From NCBI RefSeq assembly GCF_044704955.1, contig NC_091984.1:195300001-195364000 (forward strand): a stretch of DNA of 64,000 bases. The letters run 5' to 3'. Under the pieces are notes generated by a model that was not told the origin of the DNA, did no database searches, and was given only the letters and a program-made list of their open reading frames with translations. Origin of the DNA: Pristiophorus japonicus. Lineage: Eukaryota. The position numbers and the translations under genes were made by a program. Positions 23,950 through 35,285 of the stretch are shown in pieces (position 1 is the first letter of the stretch; each line of letters starts with the position of its first letter).

Positions 23950-24717
23950 GGATGAAAATTGCAGTCAGAGGCTTGCCACACACGAACGCCTCTGAACCGC
24001 AAGAACAGTACGCACCTACCTGATTGCCCCAGACCTTCGAACTCTTGCACTCCTGGGCCTGTAGGTGGCGCCTGTGCAAAAGCCCACATATCCCAGGGGC
24101 ACAGGCGGTTCACAAGCGTCCCTGGGGTCACGTGGGCCAGCCCAACCAATCACAAAGGGGATTCCTATTATGCTTATGGGGATTCCATTTATGTATCGAA
24201 TCCCCATAAGCATAATAGTAATCCCCTAAAACACACACTTGCACAGCACTTAAATCAAAATAAATCATCACATGTTTAAAATTAATTAAAATACAATTTA
24301 ATTAAACATTTAAAACAAAAATTTAATTTTTTGAAAAATAAATGTAAAGATTTTTAAAGGGGCCAAAAATAACCTAAACTAATTTTAAAGGTTTTTGAAT
24401 GTTTAAGTACATTTTTTTAAATTATTGTCATATTTATTTTAATCCTTACACAGGTAAAAGAAGGCCTTATGCATGCTTTTACCAGGTATAAGAGTTTTAT
24501 GGGTATTCGTTTGGCAGTATTTGGGCAAATAAGCCCAACTCTGCACCAGCAATTGTCCGTTTCTTATGAATGGGTATGATTGGTCAAACAAACTATTGAC
24601 AGATCACAAGTTCCGGGTTTTCGCGCATGCACATCGCAGCGGAAACCAGAGCATGCGAGCCACGTATGACCACATACGCTGTGTATACATGGTCATAAGC
24701 TATGGAAAATCCGGGCC
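23950..24717 (+). mobile_element. Harbinger-type MITE (same family as 54034-59369)
   Basis: Start GGATGAAAATTGCAGTCAGAGGC..ACGAACGCCTC matches rc of 59320-59369; end GGAAAATCCGGGCC; AT-rich core. Confidence 0.7.
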
Positions 24718-24817
24718 AATATTGCTTTATATTCTGGGATCATTTCGCTCTGTCTAGATCAGTAATCTACATGCTTTGCTTAAATACATATTTGAGTTTG
24801 TTTCAACTAAATAAGTT

Positions 24818-25275
24818 AGGGAGGACCAGGAGACACAATCTCAAGCCAGATAACAGCCAGAACTAGGTTCGATGTCAGGAGGTGGTGCATTTCCCAGAGA
24901 ATAGTAGACTTGTGGAGGAGGCTGCCGGGTTGTGTGGTGAACGTCGATTCACTGGTTTCTTTCAAATGAGAACTGAACCTGTTTCTGACTGGGGCAACGG
25001 TACCTTGTATAAGAGGTAGGTACCGTCTTATGTTAATCAGATTGATCTCCTGCACCAGTTTTGGTTGCCTAATATGGTCGGAGAGAAATTTTCCAGATTG
25101 TCCCCCCCCTAATTGGCCTGGGTTTTTAATCTGTTTTTTCGCCTCTCCCAAGAGATCATGTGGCTTTCAGGTGGAGTGGGGAGTGTATATCTTCTGATGC
25201 ACAAGGAATCGCAGTTGTGCAGGACTAGCTGGATGGACCAGAGGGTCTTTTCCCATCTGTCATTGCTTGTATGTT
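24818..25275 (+). mobile_element. CR1-like 3' end with a long, distinct 3' UTR
   Basis: GRTRRHNLK..RFDVRRWCISQRIVDLWRRLP; UTR AATTGGCCTGGGTTTTT..CGCCTCTCCCAAGAGATCA; terminal hairpin GATGGACCAGAGGGTCTTTTCCCATC. Confidence 0.75.
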
Positions 25276-27281
25276 GGTATAACCAGAGGGAGAGGTTTAG
25301 CCAGTTGCACACAGAATGCAGAAAGGCAGATAGTAAAAGATGCAAGCTCTGCAACTTGCAGATTCTGTGCAGTTTCTTTATTAACATGTGTTTGTAAAAG
25401 TCACACAGCAAAAGACTTTACAGGGAACTCACTGAATGAGAAGCAAAGGATATGGACTTATATTAGCAGGCCAAAGCACTGTGCCAGCAAGTTGGTCCAG
25501 GCAAATTATCGAAACAAATGTAAAATCCATAAGGATTGTATTTATTTTATATATTAAATAGCCAGTACATTGCAGCAGCATTCATATGTTCTGAATTAAT
25601 AATAAATACGCAGTTGATCTGGGACAAGTACATTTTATTTTTGTGAGACATTCTCATTTTTCTTTGACAGAAATCATAAGTGGAAGCAACATGCAAACAT
25701 GTACTATATTTAGCACCAATATTAAGAATTTTATTTTTAAAAAACAAACGCTGCATGAAATGAGCTCTTGAATCACTGTCAGCTGCTGGTACACAGCACG
25801 TTTTTTCTTTTCCCCCCCCCGGGTTCTCTTTTTGCTTTGTTTTTTTTAATTTGACGACAGTCAATAAACAAAATGGGTTTGATGCGTGTCACGATTGTGA
25901 AGTTGGAAGGGAGAGACTGTGCGAAGCACAAAGAGGTCAAGTGAAGCATAACGGAAATGGGTGGGGCTCACCAAAGAACAGATTTCAAATGGAATCAAAC
26001 ACATTCATTGTGACAAAACATTCACCACAAAAGAAAAATGCATCCATATTTCCCAAAATCTGGACAGTCAGATGGTCCTCATTTCAAGAGACTACACACA
26101 TGATTGAACTAGAATTTGTTACACTGCTGTGGATACTTGAGATGAATTAGACTGCTATCTGCATATCCAACAACTGCAACTTGTACTGTTACAATATCCG
26201 GTGCCGGGAAGCATGTATTGGGAATTCAGGTGAAGAGGTCAATGTGCCATGCAGGATTTCCCGTCCATATTGGCACATGCTGCACAACTGTAGCATGGCA
26301 CACAATGTATTGGCATCTTACCGCTGTTACAAGACATTCTTTGTAGACCAGTGAAAATGATCTCTGAAAGTAAGCACAGCATCATATAAGTTAAGGTTAT
26401 CATCCAAATTTTGCAATGTCACTCATAGTACAGGTAGGCCCCGTGCTGGCAGCTGGGTGGGTTTACATTAAAAATTGAAAACCTTCCACCATTGTCTTTT
26501 GCTTAAATGACGGTTTGATGGGTTCAAACTATAATTTTCATGCATAGCGAGGGACTTAAAGGAGGAATATGGTGCAAGTTTGGCCCTTTATTGGACCCCG
26601 ATTGTTTACGCTGACTTCCACTTGTTTGATGTTCCGACATACACTAATTAAATCCTTACGAAATGTTGTCTAAATTTGCCAACGGGAAGATCTGTGCCAA
26701 TTTCGGCATAACTTACTGGTTACATTGTTTCAGGAAATTCTAGGGCACTATTTTACTATCTGGGAATAGTTCATATGGCACAAAAAAAATGTATGAGGTG
26801 TAGCTTTCCCTTTACCGCATAGTCTTTTATTGCAGCAAAGTTGAACGGCACACAATTGGCTTGCACTGTGACACATAAACGTTGAACTGCCACCAGAAAC
26901 TGCATTTATGCTGCGTTGGAATGCACTCCCACAAGGAGGGAAGTGGACTGTCACAGAGTGGCCCTCGGAGTGTTCTGCAAATTCCCAACATCTGGATGTC
27001 TCATATGTATGTGTGTGTGTGTGCAACCAGCTCAAGAAACACTTTGACCGGGAATTTCCTCGGGATGCTCCCGCTCTGCTGTGACTTCACTGGTAGTGCA
27101 GTCTGTTCAACCTCACTCCCGGCAAAGCTATGGCAGTGGAACAGGACCAGCTCTGAGGAACACCAAATAAATTCTGAGCATGTTATTGCTCCTTAGTGAG
27201 GTGTCTGCTGTGGCTCAGTGGTAGCACCCTCATCTCTGAATCAATAGGTTATGAGTTCTCGTCCCACTCCAGAGACTTTAA

Positions 27282-27916
27282 AGGCTAGAAATTGGCCTCC
27301 TTAGCGCCTCCCATTATTGCCTCCGGGCGGTGATAATGGGGTGTTAACAACTTACCGACCGGATGCGGCGAGATGAACGACTCCCGCTAACTTGGCCAGG
27401 AGGTTTACTCAGCGGTAACACCTTGCGCCCCGATCTCCTGTGCCCGGAGATCGTGACGTAATTGCCGTGCGCATCGCCCCGGTATCGCGCGGAACCAAAC
27501 TTCGGTTCCGTCCCTTACAACATCGCCGGCGACAACACTATCAGCTGCAGGAGGCGTTGTTCGGGATGCCAGGAGCTTCAGGGGCAGAGATTAAAGGGGA
27601 GGTTGCTGCGGTATGTGCTAAAATTGTTCAAATGATTATTTTCAATGTTTTCAATTCCTCTTCTGCCATGATCGATCAGCCTGGTCTGATGCAGTGCGTG
27701 GGGCTGATCGGGCCGGATCGCAGCTGCCGTCGCGGACCAGCTCACTGGTCCCAATGCGAGCCTGCAGCGATGGCCCTTCCCTTTAAGCAAGGCGCTGGAT
27801 TTAGCGCTCCACTTCCTTCCTGGAGCGCAAACACCAAATTTAGAAAAAGCTGGGAATCATTAGCTCCTGGCGCTAATTTTAACGCCCCAATTGGGGCAAT
27901 ACAGAATTTCTCCTCC
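27282..27916. mobile_element. Harbinger-type MITE
   Basis: TIRs AGGCTAGAAATTG / rc GGAGGAGAAATTC; CpG-rich; TTAAAGGGGAGG / CTTCCCTTTAA internal motifs. Confidence 0.75.
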
Positions 27917-28117
27917 CGCCCCAACCCTCCCACACATAATCCAGGCTCTCACTTCAGTGCAGTACTGAGGGTGTGCTACACTGTTGAGGGTGCCGTCTTT
28001 CGGAATGAGATGTTAAACCAAGGCCCCATCTGCTCTCTTGGGTGGATGTAAAAGATTCCATGGCACTATTCAAAGAAGAACAGGGAAGTTCTCCCTGGTG
28101 TCCTGGCCAACGTTTAT

Positions 28118-28403
28118 CGGGAGCATCCCTGATTATAATCGCTCAACCATCGGTGGCCGTGCCTTCTGTTGCCTAAGCCCCAAGCTCTGGAACTCCCTGC
28201 CTAAACCTCTCTACCTCTCTACCTCTCTTTCCTCCTTCAAGATATTCCTTATAAACATACCTCTTTGACCAAGCTTTAGGTCACCTTCGCTAATTTCTAC
28301 TTATGCAGCTCAGTGTCACATTTTTTATCTGATAATACTCTTGTGAAGTGCCTTGGAATGTTTCACTATGTTAAAGGCGCTATATAAATACAACTTGTGT
28401 TGT
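28118..28403 (+). mobile_element. L2 LINE 3' end
   Basis: STIGGRAFCCLSPKLWNSLPKPL...SSFK motif; GGCGCTATATAAATACAA tail. Confidence 0.85.
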
Positions 28404-29059
28404 TCAACCAAACTGACTAAAGACAGTTTATCTGGTCATTATCTCATTACTGTTTGTGGGACCTTGCTGTGTGCAAATTGGCTGCTGTATTTCCTACATT
28501 ACAGCAGTGACTATACACTTCAAAAACACTTTATTGGCTGTAAAGCGCTTTTGGAATGTACTGATGTTGTGAAAGGCGCTATATAAATGCAAGTTGTTTC
28601 TTCTTTTTCTTCCTTTCAATCAGTTTTTGTTGACAGGAGGCCAAATTAAATTAGCAATTGGTGGTAGGGGGATGTAATTTGGCAGTTAAGGTACAGTAGG
28701 TAGAAATGTATAACATATTGTTTCTGGGAGCACTGTTTGATTTGTCTACAATGCTCGAGCACCAGAAAGATCAGGGAATTACTGGACGCAGTTGTTTGTA
28801 GGTCAGCCTATGGCCAATGGCATAAATCAATGGCAGCTTCAATGACAATGAAACAGAGGAAGAAACGACAGGTATCGTCTGACATGCCCAGATAGGACTG
28901 TTGGGATCAGGGGATCCAGGAGTACTGACAGGTGAACACATACAGCCCAGGTGTTGTCGCACTTGCATTTAGTACCTTTTCATGCATGTGATGTGGAGAA
29001 AACTGCAATTGGGGAAAAAGAATCAATTAGAAAAAAGAAATCCACATAGGAATTGAGGA

Positions 29060-29250
29060 AATACAAACATAACCAAAAATAACGGATGGGAAAAGACCTC
29101 TCGGTCCATTTAGCCTATCCCCTACAGTTGTGATGCCTTATCCATCACAATTCACAATGTAGACACTCCCCAACCGGAGCCCTGTAATCTCCCGGGAGAG
29201 GTGAGACAGCAGATAAAAACCCAGGCCAATTAGGAAAAAATCATCTCTGA
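29060..29250 (-). mobile_element. 3' UTR-only copy of the family at 24818-25275
   Basis: GATGGGAAAAGACCTCTCGGTCCAT...AAAAACCCAGGCCAATTAGG matches rc of 25105-25260. Confidence 0.75.
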
Positions 29251-29777
29251 ATTGGAAGATGATGGCCATAAAGGACAAAAGATTACTACAAAGAAACTGA
29301 GGGCCCTTTTTACTTTTCAGGAAAAATAAGTATTTTGTGATTTTTTTTTATTGCTAGGACAGTCAAGAACAATTAGCATGATCAGTTATAGCATTTTGCA
29401 CATGCTTGTGAAGTTTAATACAAGAAAAGCCAGGTTTTCAGGTCTGCCATTTGTATCTAGTTAAGAAAGTGCATGAAAATAAATGAAAACACAGACACCC
29501 TGTAATTATAGCCATTAGACATTGAAATATATAGTGTGTTATAACTGATTAAGAATCCTTTGAGAAGGATATGAGACAGGCATAATGGTAATTCCCATTG
29601 CAGAACTCTCACACACCATTCTGTCAAATATATTGAGTGATTGCAATATGTGAGCATTGGTGTCTTTTTACTGTTTTCCATCAGGAGTTGGCATAATTGC
29701 CCATCCTTCTTATTAGAGCTGCTTTTAGTGGAAAGAATGTTTCAAAGGCAGCTCTCACACAAAATACTGTGTTAAAC

Positions 29778-30024
29778 TTATATAGAATTACATCTAATTT
29801 TACAGCACAGAAACAGGCCAATCGGCCTAACTGGTCTATGCCAGTACTAATGCTCCACACGAGCTTCCTCCCACCTTAATTCATCTCACCCTATCATAAT
29901 ATCCTTCTATTCCTTTCTTCCTCGTGTACTTATCTAGCTACCTCTTAAATGCAGCTATGCTAATCACCTCAACCACTGCGTGTGGTAGCGAGTTCCACAT
30001 TCTAATCACTCTGTGAGGAAAGAA
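29778..30024 (-). mobile_element. CR1 3' fragment; resumes at 33280-33297 after the Harbinger insert
   Basis: rc reads GAATTCAGGAGAAACTTC|TTTCCTCACAGAGTGATTAGAATGTGGAACTCGCTACCA; 3' hairpin. Confidence 0.85.
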
Positions 30025-30419
30025 GGGCTAGACTTTCCACTCTCTGGCTAAGGCCGAAAAAAATGGGCCTTGTTCCAGCGATGCGGGACCTATCTCCCGT
30101 GCTGATCACCGGCTCAAGGCCCATTGGTTTTTGTTGCAATTTTGCACTCGGCCTTAGCCCAGCAATATCAAATGGGCGATGTCATTTCTCCGCGATCTCA
30201 CGATCACCCAAAGAAAACAGAAGTGAATGAAAAAAAAAGCTTCCCTAGCAACGCATGTGCAGGTTGATTTTTTTTTCAGGTTGATGCTTCTTCCCACGTT
30301 TTGAGAGGTCAAGGGTCTTCACACATGCTCAGAAGCTCAGGGTGGGTCTGGGAGAGAGAGAGAGAGGAGAAAGGAAGCAGGTCAGAAAGTCTTATCCAAA
30401 TTATAGATAAATTTAAAGA

Positions 30420-32173
30420 ATGGAGGGAGGTGCAGGAAAGAGAAGGGCCAAACCCTTCAGCGAAGAGGCAAATGAAGCCCTCGTAAATGCAGTAAGCTCC
30501 AAGTGGGAGGATCTGACACGGGGTGGGCAGGGGAAACCTCCACCCCGTGCATATCGCAGGATTTGGTCTGAAATAGCCGACGTAGTCACATCGGCCTCCA
30601 ATGAAACGCGCACACTGGACCAGTGCCGCAAACGGTGGAACAGACTACTGGCAACTGCGAGAGTAAGTTGAAATTCATATTTATGTATTATTTAATGATT
30701 TAAATAGTAACTAGAATCTGCAATGTTATTGGGTTACATTTAAACATAACTAAATTTTATGCAACCCAGCATAAAGTTAAATGTTGTAGTGCGAAATATG
30801 CAACGTAATGCTAATTTGTAATAGAGCATTTAAATCTGTCAGTCTTAAATGTCTTCAATGTCTTAAATTTCCTGATCCATTTGCATATGCCATGCAATGT
30901 TATTGTATCATTTACAGAAGAAAATTTCAATGAATAATCGGGAGCAACGGAGGACGGGTGGGGATGCTGCCATGATGCACACACTAAGCCAGTACGAGGA
31001 GCTCGCGGTGTCCTTGGTGGGGCCAGAAAGCCGTTCGGTCACATCCCATGGTGTGGCCGAACCCATCCTTGAGACATGTGAGTAATGAGAAATGTGCATT
31101 GTGCAATGTGTGAATCATTAGTAAATATTGAAAATATCGTAATTACGCATGTAATGTTATGCAATTATAATATAATCTGATATATAATTGTGATGTACTA
31201 TAGATCTTCGAATGGGTTCATATTAGGTCATGTTAAACCTTGTGATCACTTGTGCATATGGGGTAATGGAAAGCATTGCAATGTTTTCAGTTGGAGAAAA
31301 ATTGTAATGTAATGATTTGAATTGTTAAACGTTGTTTATCAAATTAAAGGTCAAGTGGCCGTCGAGTCGGTGGAATCCACTACCACCACCTCTGAAACTT
31401 CGGCGAGATTGCAGGAGATTGAGGAGGAAGGGGAGCCACTGCGGACTCCTGCTGCTGTGGTATATCAGCAGGAGGAGGAGGAGATTGACGAGACGGAAGA
31501 AGAGGAAGAGATTTTTGTAGGGGGGGGAGCAACCTGCGGCCATCTCAGTTGAGATGGAAGAAGCAGCGGGACCAAGCGGTGTGCAGGTGGCGATGCCAAG
31601 GCGCATCATGTTGCAAACGCTGACCCCATGGAGGTCCGGTCAGCGTGGCTAGCAATCGTCTGCCTTGGAGGGCCAGACAGAGAGCTTGATTTCCCTGTGC
31701 AGGGAGACGGTCGCGATTGGTCGCGACCTTATCCAGGGGTTCACGGGATTCTCTGCGAACTGGAGCCAGTTTCCAGCATCCTGGAGCGAGTTCTGCCAGA
31801 ACTTCTCGAACTAGTCTTTTCTGAGCAGTCACAGACTGCTCGGGAGACATTGGAGGTGATTCGGCAGCAGACAGCTGCAACCAATGCCCTACGGCATGCG
31901 TTGCTGGCTGGACATGGTGCTGCACCCCAAGGTGTCGTGTCTGCTCGCAGCGAGACCCCTAGTACGCAAGCAAGTACGGAGGACACTGTTCCTCCGGACT
32001 CGGAAGCGGAACCTCAGGCTTCAGCTTCTTCTCCGTCACCGCCACCACGGCAGGAAGTCTTGACATCCCACTTTGCACGACGTCTTGGTGTCGGTTTGCA
32101 TAGACCAAAACGGGCGGGTGGGTTGCGAACACGGGGTGGGATAGGATCTGGAGGGAAATGTGGCCGCAGGTAG
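30420..32173 (+). pseudogene. Three-exon Myb/SANT-like (Myb_DNA-bind_5/MADF-type) gene; exons 1-2 intact, exon 3 disabled
   Basis: Exon 1 30420-30662 MEGGAGKRRAKPFSEEANEALV...IWSEIADVV..RTLDQCRKRWNRL|GTAAGT; exon 2 30918-31077 KKISMNNREQRRTGG..|GTGAGT; exon 3 from 31350 in correct phase, with G-run frameshift at ~31520 and in-frame TAGs. Confidence 0.85.
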
Positions 32174-32340
32174 GGAGGGGGGAGTGCTTCTCTATAGTTC
32201 ACCTGTTTTAAAATGTTCACTTGTTATTACCAATTTATTATACTCTTGTTATTGTTATTGTTATTGTTGCTAAATTGGCTAATTGTATTCAATAGTTAAA
32301 TGTTCGCTTGTTATCATTACTTGTTCCCTTTCCATTCTTT

Positions 32341-32582
32341 CTGAAATGGTCACTTGTTGGCATGACTGAAATGATCACTTGCTGTCATGACTGAAATGGT
32401 CACTTATTAGCATCACTGAAATGATCACTTGTTATCATCACTGAGGTGGTCACTTGTTATCATCACTGAGGTGGTCACTTGTTTTTATGACTGAAATGGT
32501 CACTTGTTGTCATCACTGAGATGGTCACTCGTTAGCCTGACAGAAATGGTCACTTGTTATCATTACTTAAATGGCCACTTGT
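32341..32582. repeat. 25-bp tandem repeat, about 10 copies
   Basis: Unit approx CTGAAATGGTCACTTGTTATCATCA at 25-nt period. Confidence 0.9.
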
Positions 32583-33779
32583 TCTGTAAAATGTTCATTT
32601 CTTCTTCTTGTAACGTTTTGGGGATTTTGAGGGAAAGGTGGGAAGGTGCGGGGGGTGGGGGGGTTGGAGGGAGGGTGTTGCTCATTAGTTCTTTGTTAAT
32701 AAAAAAAAATTTCTACAACTTTTGAACCTTCTCTCTTACATAAGTTTTACAACGTACAGTTCTTCATGCAGATTTGTTTGTTTATTCTGTTTCCCCATGG
32801 AATATCATTAAATAACTTCACTATGTGAAAGCTATTTAATAAATAATTCCAATATATGCATAAATAAGGTGATAATACCTATTTATATTCCATGTCCCAA
32901 ATTTCTGAGTGCAATTTGCATCAATTTTACTCACTAAATAACTCAGAACAATTCTCCACCCTTCCTCAGAGGCTAAAAATGGCGTCCGTAGTGCCCATTT
33001 CCCTCTCTAAGGCCCTGAAAAAGCAACTATTTTTGAGCACACTTTTGGGCCTTACATCGGGCCAGCGAAGTGCATGCTAAGTGCTGAAACTTGGGATGGG
33101 CCTTGTGTGGGCGATCATTTGGGCGATCATCTCAGCAATCAAAGTGGAAACTTGGGGGCCTACTTTTCCGGCGATATTTTGGGCCTAGTTTCCACTTTTT
33201 GCTCAAAATGGGCAATAGAGGTCTGTTTTGGGCCATAGATGGGCCTTAGATGGGCGATGTGAAGTGGAAAGTCTAGCCGGAAGTTTCTCCTGAATTCATT
33301 ATTGGATTGACTGACTGAAGGTCAGCTTGACCAAGTTTTGATGATGGATCAGCTATCAGAAATAAGGCTCAATAAAAATAAACTGCTGTATTCTTTGAGA
33401 TTGTATACATGTGGTCAGATTGGTTATAATATAAAGTGACATGTAATATTGTAAACAATTGCTTGTTTTTCCCAACCATTTTGAATCTCAATTTTTTTTA
33501 TCAGTGCAGAAGTCACAACTGTATTTATAGTGGATCCTTTTTATAACATGGTCTGCAGTAGCCACAGGATACAATTATTATAAACAAAATATTTTATATG
33601 TTTTTTGTGTGAATAAAACATTGCATCTTACTTCAGAAGATGTGGAAAATCAGAATTTTATATTGAGGTCGACTCCATTTTAATGCTTACCTACTTTCGG
33701 CTCCTGAAAGTGAAGCACCATTAACTGTCAGGGAGGCCACCTCTCTTTCTCTCTCTCTCACACATACACAAAGTGCACC

Positions 33780-33915
33780 ATTGCAGTTATTCAAGCGGCT
33801 GCTAAGCTGTGGGGTGACTCACGTCGCAACCTCTCCTCCACCCTTGTGGTGAAGCCTCCTTGTGGCACCTCTCCTGATTGCACGGTTGAGATTGGGATCC
33901 TGCCATGTGGTAAGT
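33780..33915 (+). promoter_or_regulatory. Candidate promoter / first exon
   Basis: AP-1 site TGACTCA 33815-33821 overlapping CACGTC; GCCATGTG at 33902-33909 followed by consensus donor GTAAGT; GC-richer island in unique DNA. Confidence 0.35.
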
Positions 33916-35285
33916 CATTGGTGCACACTGGCATTCCACCAGCCCCTTAGCTCAACATGTTGGAGCACAAAGCACGCACTGCCGCTTTGGTACTTTGAAG
34001 GACAAAAGTTGTGGGATTTCTTTGTATGGCTTTATAGCTGCAGAGTGAACTTTTCAGATTTCTTTCGCTGCTCTATAATCAGATATTCAGAGCTCACTGG
34101 TTAGTCCATTCAATAAAATTGACAAGCAGCTCATTCTGAGAGGAATACTGTAATGATCAAGTCTAGAATTTGCTGGAGCATACTGAACTAGACCAACTAA
34201 ATTGGAATTTTCAACCCTATTATTAGTTTGAACTGTAGGAAGCCATTCTTCCAACCAATAATTTCTGAATTTAATATCAGGCAACTTAAAACAACAGTTC
34301 AAGCTTCTTGTGCAGAAATGGACTGCAAACGGTCTTTAAAGTGCGACCTCAGAATAGATTTATGGCCTGAGATTTGCTGCAATTGCGATATTGGTGACAG
34401 ACGCTAATACGTTGAACAGTTGGGCTCCCCAATCTGCCAGTGGCGAATTTAAGCCACAATTTTCTGGGAATATAATTAGGATACACCACAGTGAGCATAG
34501 TGACAGATTGAGAGGACAATGGACAAGGGAATAACCCAATGTCATGATACTCCGACCCGGAAATGTTTAGAACAGATCTTTGAAGGTTGAACTTATGTGC
34601 AGAAACCACCACAAATTCACATTATAGAGAGCTGATTTGCCTTGAGGACTGTTTTCATATCTGTCTGGTTAGTTCATTAGCTGGAATGCTGACTCTCCTC
34701 TTCCCATTGAGGTGGTACGAACAACACGGAAACCAGAGGTTTTTATTAGTCTTCAGTTGCTGAGTTGTAATCTCAGAGCTATTTCTGATTTACTGCCTGC
34801 AAATGGGCACATTGTGATCACTAACTACCACATTAACAACACACAGGATTAACAATCCAAATCACACAAAGAAGGTCACTTTCAGATGGTAATTTAAGGT
34901 TAGGAACCAGCAACCCACTCCCACCAGATATATCTAAAATCTGTTGCTTTGCACCAGTGACCCTAGACACTGTCAGAACTGCACCAATGAATAATAATAA
35001 GCAGCATCTAATGAGGGCAACACAATTATTTATTTATTTAAACAGCAAACTGTTATGTTTTTAACCCCTTGTAACCTGTATGACACGTGACCGCCAGAGG
35101 GCCCACTTGTTGGAGTCCCAAGGGATCCCAGCACGGTATATAAGCAGGCCACCCATGAGGAACCGGCATTCTGGAGTCTTATTAAAGGAGCTAAGGTCAC
35201 ACTTGCTCATTGAACACAATATTCAGTTTCACCCTTTATTAAGAGTGTACCAATTGGCGACAAGGTAACGAACAACCACGCGAAA

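Larger units (their letters stand above)
27201..28612 (+). mobile_element. Deu-domain SINE split by a MITE and an L2 fragment
   Basis: tRNA head 27201-27280 (TGGCTCAGTGG), Deu part 27930-28115, tail 28404-28612; collinear with rc of 15170-15618. Confidence 0.8.
30025..33279 (+). mobile_element. Harbinger element carrying only the Myb/SANT gene (no transposase)
   Basis: Near-perfect TIRs GGGCTAGACTTTCCACT / AGTGGAAAGTCTAGCCG; TSD GAA/GAA; no DDE coding remnant seen. Confidence 0.9.
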
